Source: Eledone cirrhosa (taxonomy: Eukaryota). From it: a stretch of DNA of 64,000 nucleotides. Positions 28,800-42,040 of this stretch are shown in pieces. The stretch is taken from positions 225,370,001 through 225,434,000 of the forward strand of contig OZ024740.1 of the NCBI GenBank assembly GCA_964016885.1. Direction: 5' to 3'. Below the pieces are notes generated by a model. That model saw only the letters and a list, made by a program, of their open reading frames with translations, was not told where the DNA came from and ran no database searches. How positions within the stretch are numbered: the stretch's first letter is position 1; every line of letters begins with the position of its first letter. A program made the translations under genes and the position numbers.

Positions 28800-29358
28800 T
28801 GCAGGAGCTCATGCAGTAATACGTCAGCTTCAGCATTCAGTAATCAGAAGGGAGGTAGGTGTAAATGCCAAACTCACTATCTTCAATTCGGTATTCATAC
28901 CGGCCCTTACCTATTGTCATGAATCTTGGGTAATGACTGAAAGAATACAATCACAAATACAAGCAGCCAAAATGGGGTTCCGCATAGGGCGGATATCAGA
29001 GTGTCACTCCAAGTAGAGCCTCTACTTCTCCAAATTGTGATATCATAGCCCTGATGCTATGAGCATATGGTTAGAATGTCTCAGAAAAGAATCGCTGGAC
29101 AGATTTTAAAGGCAAAAACAACTGGCAGGCGACCCAGTGGTAGACCCTTAGCAAGATAGTTAGATAACATCTATGAGCTAACTGGTCGCGCTTAGGGATC
29201 CAGCTGGATCAGTTGGAGATGGCTGCTTCTGACAGGACCCGCTGGAAGGAGTGCTTGAGGACTCTGCCGACTGGACCCTCTCAGGAATCAGTGGGCGAGG
29301 AAGTGGAGGAAGAGGAAGTGGAGGAAGAGGAAGAGGAAGAGGAAGAGGCAGAAGATGA
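28800..29358 (+). mobile_element. RTE LINE, non-inverted 3' segment with (GAGGAA)n tail
   Basis: AGAHAVIRQL...AKLTIFNSVFIPALTYCHESWVMTERIQSQIQAA; GRRPSGRP; AASDRTRWKECL. Confidence 0.85.
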
Positions 29359-30077
29359 TATATATATATATATATGGGTGGAGGAAGGAATATTTGTCTC
29401 ATTTTCCATACTGTCACGTATTGAATAGATTAACACCGTCCTAGATTAGACATATCAGAGAAGCATGTTTTATTCATTAATTCCATGTTTTAACATGGTT
29501 TCTATATCTGGATGTCCTATGTTGTCTCTGTTTTTTTCTTTCAACAACAACTGAGGGTTGTCTCATATCTGAAAGATGGGAGAGAGAGAGAGAGTGATGA
29601 ACAAGAACCAGTGTGATAATTTAGTGAGGAGAGAGAAAAGGAAGTGAGGAAGAGTTAGAAAGAGGGCTGCTACATGATAATTGTTGGTCTGGGTGTTGAA
29701 TAGAAACAGCATAAGAGGCAGGTAGACAGAGTGATAGAGGAAGGTGTAGATAAAATGAGAGAATGAAAGAATGAAGGGGGAATGTTTGTGAAAAGAGATA
29801 GACTATTATATTTCAGAACTCCGATCAGTCTTTGTATGGCTTATTGTAAATTTTATGCATACCATTAGGAGTAGAAGACATGTCAACCCGACATCACGTT
29901 TTGGATTTATGGAGTTAGAGCAAACATAAATACAACATGTTAGAATCCATAAAATACATCCTTATTATTTGTGATTTAATTTCATTTACATTCAGATCTC
30001 GTTACATCATTCTTCACAGAGCTGTCTCAATTTGCAAACATAGGTAACAAGATCTGAATGTAAATGAAATGAAATCA

Positions 30078-30325
30078 TGCATCATCATCATCACCATCGT
30101 TTTTACATTCATTTTTCCATGCTCTCATGTGTTGGATGGATCCTTTTCAGCTCAGTATTTTTTCCATTCGCTCTGTTCGTTTGTCATCTCCTCTGTGAGT
30201 CTCAGCAATTTGAGATCAACTTTCACTAGCTCTGCCCAGGTCTTCCTTGGTCTACCTCTACTGTGGCTTCCGTCCACTGGGAATCCCTGGCAATTCTTTA
30301 CTCATTGGTCATCATCCAGGGATGT
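30078..30325 (-). mobile_element. RTE 3' fragment with (CAT)n tail
   Basis: Minus strand encodes the DDQ..KNC...GRPRKTWAE..KVDL pattern; CATCATCATCACCATCGTTTT tail. Confidence 0.7.
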
Positions 30326-31632
30326 ATTTTCTGGATACTAAAAATAATCATTCTTCACAGAGCTGTCTCTTTTCACAAACATAGGTACTTTCATTATGAT
30401 ATAAAATCCTTATACATATCATTATAACATCTAAATGTATGTTTTTATTTTGTGAATGTCATAAAGAAAGAAAATCACAGCATGCCATACAAATGTTTTC
30501 TGGTCTTGTTAATTATCATTGTTAAGTAATCACCACATTAAATGTACTTAAATATTTCTATTTCACCACTTAATGAATTCCCTATAAATTTCAAACATTA
30601 ATCATTAATACTTTTGTTTTGAACTTTATAAAGAAAGGCACATTTTTCTGCCTGTAAAACTCATGATTCCTACATTCCTCATTTCTCTACAAGTACTGAA
30701 TATAAACATATACAATGCATAAATATAGCATGCTGCTTATAAAGATTATTCTGATCTAATGGTGGAAAATAGCCCATAAATCATTTTATCATTTAAATAT
30801 TTAATAACTCTTTTGCTAACGATTTATTTTTAATTCTCATTTTTACTTCAGATTTTGAAATTATGTTCCTTGGAAATTTATTATTGCAAACATCCTAACG
30901 AGGGAACACATAAATGTTATTATGAAAAATAAATAAATAATATTAGCAAATGAAAAACGGAACATATATAACAATTAGTAGTTCTAAGTTACTCATTTAT
31001 CCCTCCCTTTCACAAGCAAATTTTCTAGCAACTAATAGGCTAATTTACTATCAATACTAACACAGTTTGTAATCATTTTTTTTTTCAACATTAGCATAAA
31101 TAATGTTTTCTTGTATAGGCACAATTATTTAAACCTTTTGATACCAACCCACTTGAAATTGCTTCTGGTTCTATGATACAAAACTGTTTGACTTAAAATG
31201 TTTATATTTATCAAAACAACCTTACTAAGTCAAGTTATAAATACTATATTAAATGAGAAAATTAGTTACATTACTAAATCTTTACAAATTCTTGAATATT
31301 TTCAGAATGATTTGAGAATGATTGGCTTTAGAAATATGGTAACGAAATGATTAACTGAATCATATATTTTAATGATCCCAGAATAAGAAAACATGAACTT
31401 AATTGTGGCACGATTTGACACAACTAAATGCTATCTTTTGCCCAGTAGTCAACTAATTCTGTTAGTTTACAACTACAACTAACATTAACGATAAACTTAT
31501 TTGATGAGGAACATAATCAATTTTTAAAAGGGGAATGGTATAGTTTAAAAATAACAGTTTAAACATACTTATTAAATCTGGATGACTAACAAAGAAGACA
31601 TAATCCTTTTGATAACATTCTACTTAATTGAT

Positions 31633-31636
31633 TGTG

Positions 31637-31730
<94 letters not shown>
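31633..31730. repeat. (GT)n microsatellite
   Basis: Near-pure TG run of ~98 bp. Confidence 0.98.
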
Positions 31731-31731
<1 letters not shown>

Positions 31732-32155
31732 TAGGCTCCCTCGTTATTTGCATCTACCAAATTCGCTCACAAGGCACTTGGCAATCCACTGCTATAGTAG
31801 AAAACACATGCTGTTGTGAGGTTGAACATAAAAACAATATGGTTGTGAAACAAACTTCTTAACCACATAGCCAAGCCTTCACACATTAAACTAACTCTAT
31901 GGATACCTCAAGGTATAAAAATGATTACACTCTTGTATTATTCATTAGCTTTTTTTAAAATCCTTTTTAAACCAATTTATTCTCAGAGTTGTGTTGGTTC
32001 CAATGGCAATAGATTTTTGTTGTATCACTTTAATATGTTATTGTTTGTGTAATGAAGCAAAATGAACTCTTCTTAGATCATTCCTCTGATTCTATTGAAA
32101 ACTTTACTTTATGACTACTCCAAATTCCTGCTCACTTCATCAATCATTCTCTCCC

Positions 32156-32196
<41 letters not shown>

Positions 32197-32514
32197 GTAT
32201 ATATATATGTGTGTGTGTGTAATGTATGTGTTTCTGTGTATTTCTGTATATATATGTTTGTGTGTGTGTGTGTATACATTTCTGTGTTTTTCTCTGTGTG
32301 TGTGTGTATGTATATTTTCATTTCTTTACTACAGACTATCTTTTATTTTCTGTATCTATTCTTTGTGTTCCTGTCTCTATTTTGTACTCCTGAAGAAGGG
32401 CTAAGACACGACACGTCGAACTTTCTTTCCCCTTTTCCATATAATGCATGAAACTAATAAGACTTTTTGTACCTCTGTTTTGTCGTTTCCTTGAACTATA
32501 TATATATATATATA

Positions 32515-32678
32515 ACGGAGGAAATGTGGTAAGGAACCAGGTGGACCATAACGCACCAACGTACTCAATGCTTAGGGTAGTAGAGTGGGTAATAGGAACG
32601 AGTAGGACCCCAACGGCTTAAGTCCAGAATTAGCCGTCGAAATGGGTTGAGCTCAGCCGTCGGGGTCCTACTCATTCC
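32515..32678 (+). mobile_element. Unclassified hairpin-capped element in (TA)n, copy 1
   Basis: Matches the reverse complement of 59431-59568; both ends flush with TA repeats. Confidence 0.8.
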
Positions 32679-32711
<33 letters not shown>

Positions 32712-33299
32712 ATGTACAGCTCTTTAATCTCCCTTCTTTAATCTACATTGCTGTGTACTGCTCTGTGTTACTCTGCCCAATGGATCTCATTCTATGGTGC
32801 TTTAATGTATTTTCCAACAATGACTATGCTACCCTCAATAAGTACAAACACACATACTATTATATTCACTAGTGTTAAAACTAGTTGTATGAATGTTGTA
32901 AAATATAATTCCTTACTACTACAGAACTTGTTTGAGACACAATTCAGAGAAAAGAAAATACAAATGAATAAAAATAATACTAAAAAAATAAAATATTTAA
33001 AAAATCAACATAAAAGATAAATAATAAAGAAAATAAAAGACGATGGCGGGTGAAGTTCGGTTCTGGTTGTTAAGGATATGGTTTGTCATTTCAGATAAAA
33101 TTTATGAGATTGATTCAAAGAGAAACTCTGAGAATAAAAGTTAAAGTAACTGGCATAAAGAAATAGACTATATCTAATAATATACTAGAGTTTGAAAGCT
33201 TTCTATGAGATATTGATAAAGTATTGCTTGAAAGCCAATGAAAATTGTATTAAGTACAGGGAGGCCAAAATAAAAAAAAGAAAAGAAAAGAGATGACAA

Positions 33300-33540
33300 A
33301 CAAAATTAATAATAATAGTGATGATAATAATAATAACAATTATAATAATAATAATAATAATAACAATAATAATAATGGTGATGACAATAATGATGATAAT
33401 GGTGATGATGATGATGATGATGATGATCATCATCATCATCATCATGACGATGACAACAATAATAATGATAATAATGATGATGATGATAATAGTGGCCACA
33501 ACAACAACAACGATAACAATAACAATACTAATAATAAATA
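33300..33540. repeat. Compound (AAT)/(GAT)/(CAT)/(AAC) trinucleotide tract
   Basis: Direct reading. Similar low-complexity tracts at 5110-5430 and 40290-41060. Confidence 0.95.
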
Positions 33541-36479
33541 AATGGAGAGAAGTGATAAAAATGTTTAATACTCTTGTAGTTACTGCAGTGTCATTGAAGA
33601 GAGCTGATCGAGTTGAAGACTGATTACCAAACAACAAGTGGGTCTCCTTTTTAGTAGGAGGATTTTAAAGAAGGAAAAATAAAGTGTATTTTTTCTGTGT
33701 TTTTTTTTAGTTAGTTTGTTTATTTGCTTCATTTCATTTTGTTTTGTTTTTGTTTTTTGTTTTTGTTTTTGTTTTTGTTTTTGTTTTTTTTCTTTTTTGC
33801 TTTTCTTACTTCTTTGTCATATTGCTTCTTTTTCTTTCTTTTTAGTTGTATGGTTGTAGTTGTAATTGTAGGAGATAAATTATTGCCTGAAAATCTACCG
33901 ATGTACAGTATAGGGGAATCTTAGCAGATTTTTAACTTCCACAAAGATAAGTTATTTGGCTAAAAATAATCACAAAGGAAAGAACCTAATGATGATGATG
34001 ATATATATATGTGTGTGTGTGTGTCTATGTGTGTGAAAGTATGTTATTGTATCTTTATGTTCTTGTTTATCGCGAACTATGTATATATATGTGTGTATGT
34101 ATATACACACAGATATATATATATATGTATGTATGTATATGTATACTTATATATATATATATATATATATATGTATACTTATATCTATATATATATATAT
34201 ATATATATATATAATGCTCAGTTTAGGATTTTATGAACTAGGAAGACTCTATCAAGACCTGTTACAACAGTTAGCTACAAGACCTTAGTTAATAATATAA
34301 ATTAGGAGAAAGAAGGAAAGACGGACAAACTCATTGCTTTATGTTAGATGTTGTCTTTCATTTTTTCTTCTTCAATAAAACAGTAAATGCTCCAGTATTT
34401 CTTATACTACAGAAGTTCTTAAAAGGAAAATAATGGTATAATCTACTTTATAGCTATTTCATGATATGATATGAGTGTGTGAATGTGTTTGTGTAAGTAG
34501 ATGCCTGTGTGTGTATGTATGAGACTATATATGTGTCCATGTGTGGGAAGTAAACATAAAAGCAGAAAAATCGTTCTTTCTGGTAAGTAGGTAGAAATGG
34601 TAGAGAACTGGACTAAATGTCTTATATAATTTAGTTTTATTTGTCTTTATTCAGATTTTAAGTCCTGCTGGGGACAATTTTCATTTTCCTCCTATCACTA
34701 TGGCCTACGTATATCCTCTCTGTGTGTATCCAATTTAGAATAGGTAAACTATATCAATGTCTGTCATATTAGGTTGCTAAAAGTTTTGTTGCTTCGAAGG
34801 GCATCTGGATGTAAAACATTGCCTTATAAAAATCCCCATAATGAATGCAGTCTTTTATGGAGCCCATAAGGTGAAGCCTATTTAGCATATGAAAATGGGC
34901 TTAAAATGCATGTTGGTCTGTTGTTATACCACGGCATCCATATCTCTCATGTGACTAAAAATATTTCTGGAAAGTTCCTCTCTAAGTTACAGACCTGAGG
35001 AGTGTTTTTTTTTATGAAAAACTTGCTGTTGTTCTTGCATGCAAGCATTCCTTCTCCACACCACTAACTTTACCACATAAACAAGGACTGATAAATTTGG
35101 GTCCCAATATCATCAAGTGTGTTGCTCTCAGAATGCTAAGAATCACTCAGTCACTCCAACAGTTCTGACAATCGATTGCTCCAGACAAGTCCTTTATTTG
35201 TTGATGCCCCAGAAGAATGAAAAGCAAAGATGATCTCAATGAGGTTTTAATTCAGAGTGTACATACACAGAATATATACTGCGAGAAATTTTGTTCAGTG
35301 TCCTAATGATTCTACCAGTTTGCTGCTTTAGAGTTGATATAATCATCATCTGTAGAATATTGTGGTTTATCATATTTGAGAGAGTATATTGATAATTAGA
35401 GTAATCCCTATTATTTACTATTAGTATTGTAGATTGGTAGAGTGTCACACAAAATCCTTTTCTATGTTCTGAGGTCATATTTGCCTTTCATCCTTCTGAG
35501 GTTCAATAAAATAAAATACCAGTTATCTATTGTGAGTAATATAATCGACTTTCCCCTTCCCTCAAATTGTAGGTCTTGTGCCAATATTAGAAAGAATTAT
35601 TATTATTGTGGATTAGCAAAATTGTCAGTACATTGGACAAATTTGGTATTTATCACATTTGTTCTAGTTCTTTATATTCTGAATTCAAATCTCACTGAAG
35701 TCAACTTTGCCTTTCATTCTTCTGAGATTGATAAAATGAAATACACACCAAATGTACTTTAAATGGTTAAATTCTACCCCCAAAAATGTGGCTTTAGGCC
35801 TATGTGAGAAACTATTATTATTAAGTTGGTGAAATGGCAAACTTAATATAATTCCAAATTAAATGTCTTGCAATACTAGTTTTTAGTTTAAATTTTATTA
35901 AGTTTAGTTTAACTTTCAGCTCTCTATGAATCATAGGAGAGGAAAATGAGTCATGGAGAGATGAAAGTGTATCAAAGAGATGGAGAGGGAAGCATATGGT
36001 GATCAAACCTGAAAATACTGGGTGAAAGTCCTAGACGTAGATATATTAAAACTTCAGTCTACATCACAACCGTTACTTCAATATTCATTTCACCATGCTT
36101 GCTCAGCTTGGCAGGTTTTCCCTAGCCCTATATATTGCCAATCATAACAGTCATTTTTCATTTCTTTTGTGAGATTGGACTTGATCACTTTATTCTATGA
36201 ATTCCTGAATCTTCCTCTTCCACAAAGTCCTTTAAAATTCCCTACACTTCTTATACAGCTGTCATCCCCCATGACTGAACCATTATCCATGCCAGTGCAA
36301 TATGTTTCTTGTACACAATATATGTTTCTTCTTATAAATCATTTTATTCTCATAATTCATTTTTATTTAATAGTTCTTATACATCTTATTACAATATTAC
36401 ACATCCAGCAGAATATGTTTGCTTCATGTATTTATATATATATATATATATGTGTGTACTCATTCTCTTATGAGCAAAC

Positions 36480-37640
36480 AGACTGTATTGACAGAACATT
36501 AATTATAGATGGTCTTAAATTTATCTTAAAAACAATTATTTCATGTTTGATGAAACAGCCTATCAACAAAAATTAGGAACAGCCATGGGAACAAAAGTTG
36601 CACCAGCATGTGGCAATGTCATGGGATATTATGAATTAAAAATTTATAAACAATACCTCCAGAAAATACCCTACTGTTATATAAAAGAAAACTGGAAAAA
36701 TACCTGGATGACTCCTTTATTTTCTGGGGTGAAAATCTTGACAACCTTAAAAAACTTTCAAAATCTTATCAATAATATAAATCCTAATATCCAATTCAGT
36801 AACGAAAATCCTCTTTCTTAGATATACTAATAAGAAAAAAAAAATACAAGACTAGAAACAATATTTTAAACCAATAAACTCCTGATGATGCTTTCTTTGT
36901 ACATTTTTTCAGCCAAAACACACCAGGAACCACTGCTCCATTAAACCTAACTAAGTGATGCTGTACAATACTCTTAAACCAGACAAGAAACTACTGACAA
37001 GAAGAGTGAAAAGATAGTCATCAATAGAAAATATCCTCACAATTCAATCAAAATTAGTATTCAAAGAGCAAGACAAAGGAACATCCAGGAACTTCAAGAA
37101 ATAAAAACATAAAATATGAAAAAGTTATGCCATATATTTCAACTTTTAATCCCAAAATGACCGAAATCTATAAACGCATACAACTAAAAATATCTATTCT
37201 ACTAAAGGACAAAACATGAAAAACATCTTACAGAACTATCCAATTATGAATAGTACGATAGGTAAAAAATGACTAAAAGACGATATTGAAGAAAGCTGTA
37301 TATATTATTTTAAGGATCCTGAAGTTAGAAAATGCAGTATGCCAGACTGATGGGTATGCAGCTATTTATTAGAAGGTACTAAATTTCACTTCAAAGAGGG
37401 ACCTATTTTCAAGATTAGAAATAAACTCTCATCTTACTCATACAGTACACCATCAACAAATTAGGGACATGTACGCCAGAAATATCCCTCGGAGTCAACA
37501 TATACAGAGTCGTTGAGGGCAAACATTGTGGAATTTCAATGTTGTCTCATGCTATAAAGGGAAATATTCAACATCAGGAAAACAACTCATTAATAAGAAA
37601 ATACACATTATAACTTTATAGCTAAATATAAACCAAAATG
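36480..37640 (+). pseudogene. Decayed Penelope-like element (RT and downstream region)
   Basis: FDETAYQQKLGTAMGTKVAPA..N..MGYYE (PLE RT motif), FLDILI, PYISTFNP and Cys-motif remnants; heavily frameshifted. Confidence 0.8.
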
Positions 37641-38825
37641 AAACTCATTGCCCAAGGGTTAACAAGTGACATTTAATTGAATACATAGCCAAACCAGTAT
37701 TTTGTCACATGTCATGAATTATATCCTTAACATAAGGGACAACATTTGCCTCTCTTGTCTTATAAAAGGTGTAAACAACACACAACAACATATGTAAAAT
37801 ATATTCTACCTGTCTTGCCAGAATGTGTAAAATATATTCAATACCAGCACAAATTAAAATGAAACTTTGACAAGTTACACATTATGAAACCAATTAATAC
37901 AAACACTAATTAGATAAACATGACTATTTCTGAAAACCCACTCATATTTTAAAAAGAAACCATGATTAATTTTGTCTCAAATAATTTCTTTTCATTGTCA
38001 ACTGTAAATGTGCATGTGTGTGTTTAAAACACAATAGCTGTATCTTCAAATCTTTACTATTATTTTTAATGCATATATGTGTGCATGTGTATATAGATAT
38101 GTATGCATACATCTATATTCTTCATTTAGTTTACAGTTTGTATTGAATATAATCTTTATTATGATTATTGGATGCACCAATTTAAGAATGGTAAATACAA
38201 TTACCATCAAATGAGGTTTTATGTCTTTTAGTTATTGAAAATAATTTCTTTATGAATTATAGAATTTCCTGAGTAAATAATTAAAAGAGTCACCTATTAA
38301 AATTCTTTAGAGTTGCTATCATTCAATCTCCTATAAGTGGTTAGTTTGGGAGTGGAAAAATATCAGTTAATTCAGATTACTGCTTGTTTGTTGTTATGAA
38401 CTGTTAACAATAATAACAAAATTATTGTTAACAAAATATAGTTTCAGTGATGGTGTGTGTAAAAAATAACCACTTGTGTCAAATCTATGTTTAGAGTATT
38501 AGCAACAGCATATATATAGACAAGCTACAGGGGAGGAGGCTAAATGTGGACACTGAAATTGCTAGAAAGAGTGGCAGTTAAATATATTTCAAATCATTTC
38601 TGTCTTGTTTATTCAGAAGCAATATTTTGAAAATAAATTTAATTTGGTCTGCATTTTTTTTTCAAATTTGAATTAACATATGTACCATCACCATTGACTT
38701 ATAGACAACGGCAATATATTAACATACTATATTTGATATTATTGTTGAAGGTTTGAATAACAATAAGAGCACAGAACATTGTTAGTTTACTTACAGCTAA
38801 TGATGAACAGATATTATTATCAAGA

Positions 38826-39018
38826 GCAAGTAGGGTGGTACATTGGCAGCATATAGTTACAACCCTTTGTGTACTGAGTTCAAAACCCACTGAGGTTAGC
38901 TTTGCCTTTTATCCTTACAGGGTTGATAAAATAAAGCACCAGTAATGCACTGGGGTCAATTTAATCAACTTTCTCCTCCCTAAAAGTGTTGGCCTTGTGC
39001 CTAAATAAGAAACCATTA
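38826..39018 (+). mobile_element. SINE family A, diverged
   Basis: GAGTTCAAAACCC...TTTGCCTTTTATCCTTACAGGGTTGATAAAATAAAGCACCAG. Confidence 0.75.
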
Positions 39019-39104
39019 TTGGGATCAAGTTCAGTCAGTCAATATGAAGACATCAATTAATGAAATTCATACAGATTATTGTGGTAAGGGTGTGGAACTA
39101 AAGA

Positions 39105-39305
39105 TCAAAATGTCATAAGTTCGATTCTCCAACTGGGTTGTGTGTTGTGTTCTTGAGCAAAATACTTCATTTCATGTTGTTCCAGTACAATCAGCTGAAA
39201 ATGAGTACCAGCAATAGCTGATGATTTAACCCTGTGATTGACTGTGGTCTTGATGCCATGGAAACTGGGATAAACACTGGCCTGACAAGCCACCGGGCTT
39301 GAGAG
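39105..39305 (+). mobile_element. CORE-type SINE, diverged
   Basis: AGTTCGATTCTCC...TGTGTTCTTGAGCAAAATACTTCATTTCATGTTG. Confidence 0.7.
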
Positions 39306-39741
39306 AGAATTAAGATACAGATCATGAAGTCCAACATGGTAGAAAGAAACAAATTGGTATTTTGATAAACAAAATAAGCCTACTTCAAACATCCTTCTTA
39401 ACTTCAAGTTGTTTTTAATAATAATTTTTAAAAAAGCATAAATTCAGATTCAGCAAATTTACCCTCTTAATGGGTGGAATTTACCCACCGGAGGTAAATT
39501 CTCTCCAGGTTGGGAGCCCCTATCTTCTCGTTTTAACCCTTTTTATACTAATCCACCAGAAACTACCCTTTGTACTATGATTCAAAACTCTATATTTTAA
39601 AATCTATTTATCTAAAAACCTCCCATCATAATCCCATGTCCAGTATATTTCAAACAGGACCAAATTAACCATAAAACAAAATAATCACATCAAGAGAAGA
39701 GGGGCACCATTATATTCAAGTTAAATGTATTTGATATTCTA

Positions 39742-40035
39742 AAGTCTAAGTCTAAAGTCCGTCTCAAGCTGGGAATCTCATCAGGCTGGTGCTTATCTTG
39801 GTTTTGTAGCATAAAGTGATTGAGAGTACACGACTCCCCCTGGAAAGGATGCTAGTCCATTACAGGGTTAAAACCCCAGCTATAGCTGGAATGCATTTAC
39901 AGCTGAGTATACTGGAGCAACATGAAATGAAGTGTTTTGCTCAAGAACACAACACACAACCCAACCCAGGAATCGAACCCACAACAATATGATTATAAAT
40001 CCAACACCCTTACCACTAGGCCACGCACCTCCACT
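39742..40035 (-). mobile_element. CORE-type SINE, same tail as 19294 copy
   Basis: Colinear with 19294-19589, including the (CTAAAGT)-like tail repeats. Confidence 0.82.
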
Positions 40036-40503
40036 TTGACATTCCCCACCAAAATTCTTTTGCAGACTCTAACCAATTAAATAATGAAACATTCTTGATA
40101 TTTCAAGCAATATCCAGTATTTTGCATAGAGATATCGTTTAAAAAGCCTTTAGAAAAAAAAGGAAGGTCAGCATTTTATTGAATATTCTTGATATATCTT
40201 GCTCAAATTTTATATCAGATAGTGTGTATCTAGGACTCCATTATCTAATGTGCTATTTACTGCAAGATGGGAGTAGAATGTGTTGGTGGAAGTAGTGGTG
40301 GTGGTAGTGGTGGTGTGGAGTAGTGCCAGGGATTGTGATAGTGGTGGTGGTGATGATGATGGGGGGGGGGGGTGATACTGCTGCTGATGATGAAGATGGT
40401 AGTGGTGGTGGCGTTGGTGAAGAGGAGGATGAAGGGGAGATAAAGGTGGATGGGGAAGAGGAGGATAAGGAGGAGGAGGAGGGGCTGAAGAAGGGGGATG
40501 AGA

Positions 40504-40546
<43 letters not shown>

Positions 40547-40599
40547 GGATAAGGAGGAGTAGGAGGACAATAAGGATGCCAAAAATAGGACAACAAATA

Positions 40600-40631
<32 letters not shown>

Positions 40632-40880
40632 CAGAAATATTTTTAAAACTCTTCCAGGAAGGTATAAACAGATGCAAATATAGATGAACAGGGTAGGGGT
40701 TGACAGAATGACAGCAGAGAAAAAGGAAAAAAGGGACAAAGAGAAAAATGGAAATCAAATATTAATGACCCCAATTTGAAGAAAGCACTTTTAGAAAATA
40801 CCAGTTTTAAAATATATGGTAGCAAAACAAACCACATTAAAATTGTTGCTGCTGCTTAAACTGCTGATGTTGTTGCTGCT

Positions 40881-40914
<34 letters not shown>

Positions 40915-41852
40915 AAGTTGATGATAATGTTGTTGGTAGTGTTGTTGCTGTTTTTGTTGTTGTGTTAGTGGTGGTGCTGGTGATGATGGGGATGGTGATT
41001 GTGATGATGATGATGATGATGTTGATAATAACTATAATAACAAAAGAAGAAGAAGAAAATGACATCGACATGAGCAATAATAATATATCTTTAAAATAAA
41101 ATAAAATATAAATAAGAATAAAAATAAAATGATGAAAACATTCTGACGAATATATTTTGAATAGGTAATATATTCTGAAGTCGATTACCCTGAAGAATGA
41201 ATTCCGTGTTTGTAGGGAAGAGATGGAAGAAAATATGGTCTTTCCTGCTGTTGAAGATATGGGAATTAATTATGGTGAAGAGCAAAGTGTTGTGGTGATG
41301 AAGAGAATATTTTGGCTCTAAGCTATGGGAATGCCTACTTGGCATTCAGCTTGAGTAGAAAAATATCAAATCTTTAGATAGTAGGATTCTCAAATATTTT
41401 GACAAAACAAAGCTTAATCATATCTTTAAAAAAATATCTATTTGCCCTAAATATTTTTTTCATTTATAAAATCAGTTAAGAAGGAGGAAAAATAATCAAG
41501 AATAACATTGTTCAGTTTATTACAAATTATTAAAATAGTTCTCATCAAAAACATATACTTAATATTCGTTGATACTATTGGCTTGGAAAAATATGAAGGG
41601 GTTTTGGGGGTTTTTTTCAGAGAAGGAATTTTACTATAGAATACAGATTCTGTATTTATTATCATTGTTCAACTGCAATAGCAGACTAGATAACCACAAC
41701 CCACTTCCACCCATTGCCCCTTTCATAATCAGTTGTTATGCAATGATTGAAATCTTAGTCCTGGCCATTAGTGGAATTTGAATCCCAGAGTGAAATTTGA
41801 ACATTGAATGCAAAATGCTGGAACAGATACCACAAAACTTCTTACAGTGGTC

Positions 41853-42040
41853 AGTGGATTGGCAGTATCGGTAGAGGGTCGGATGCCATGCTTTCCAGCA
41901 TAGTTACATCCCTTTACGATCTGAGTTCAAATCCCGCCGAGGTTGACTTTGCCTTTCATTCTTACGGGGTCGATAAAATAAAGTACCAGTAATGCACTGG
42001 GTAATTGCTGGCCTTGTACCTAAAGTAGAAACTATTATTA
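41853..42040 (+). mobile_element. SINE family A, young copy
   Basis: Nearly identical to 60000-60186. Confidence 0.9.

Noticed and set aside
40210-40758. His/Pro-rich or acidic protein ORFs
   Set aside because: Compound GAT/GAG/GGT microsatellite open in multiple frames.
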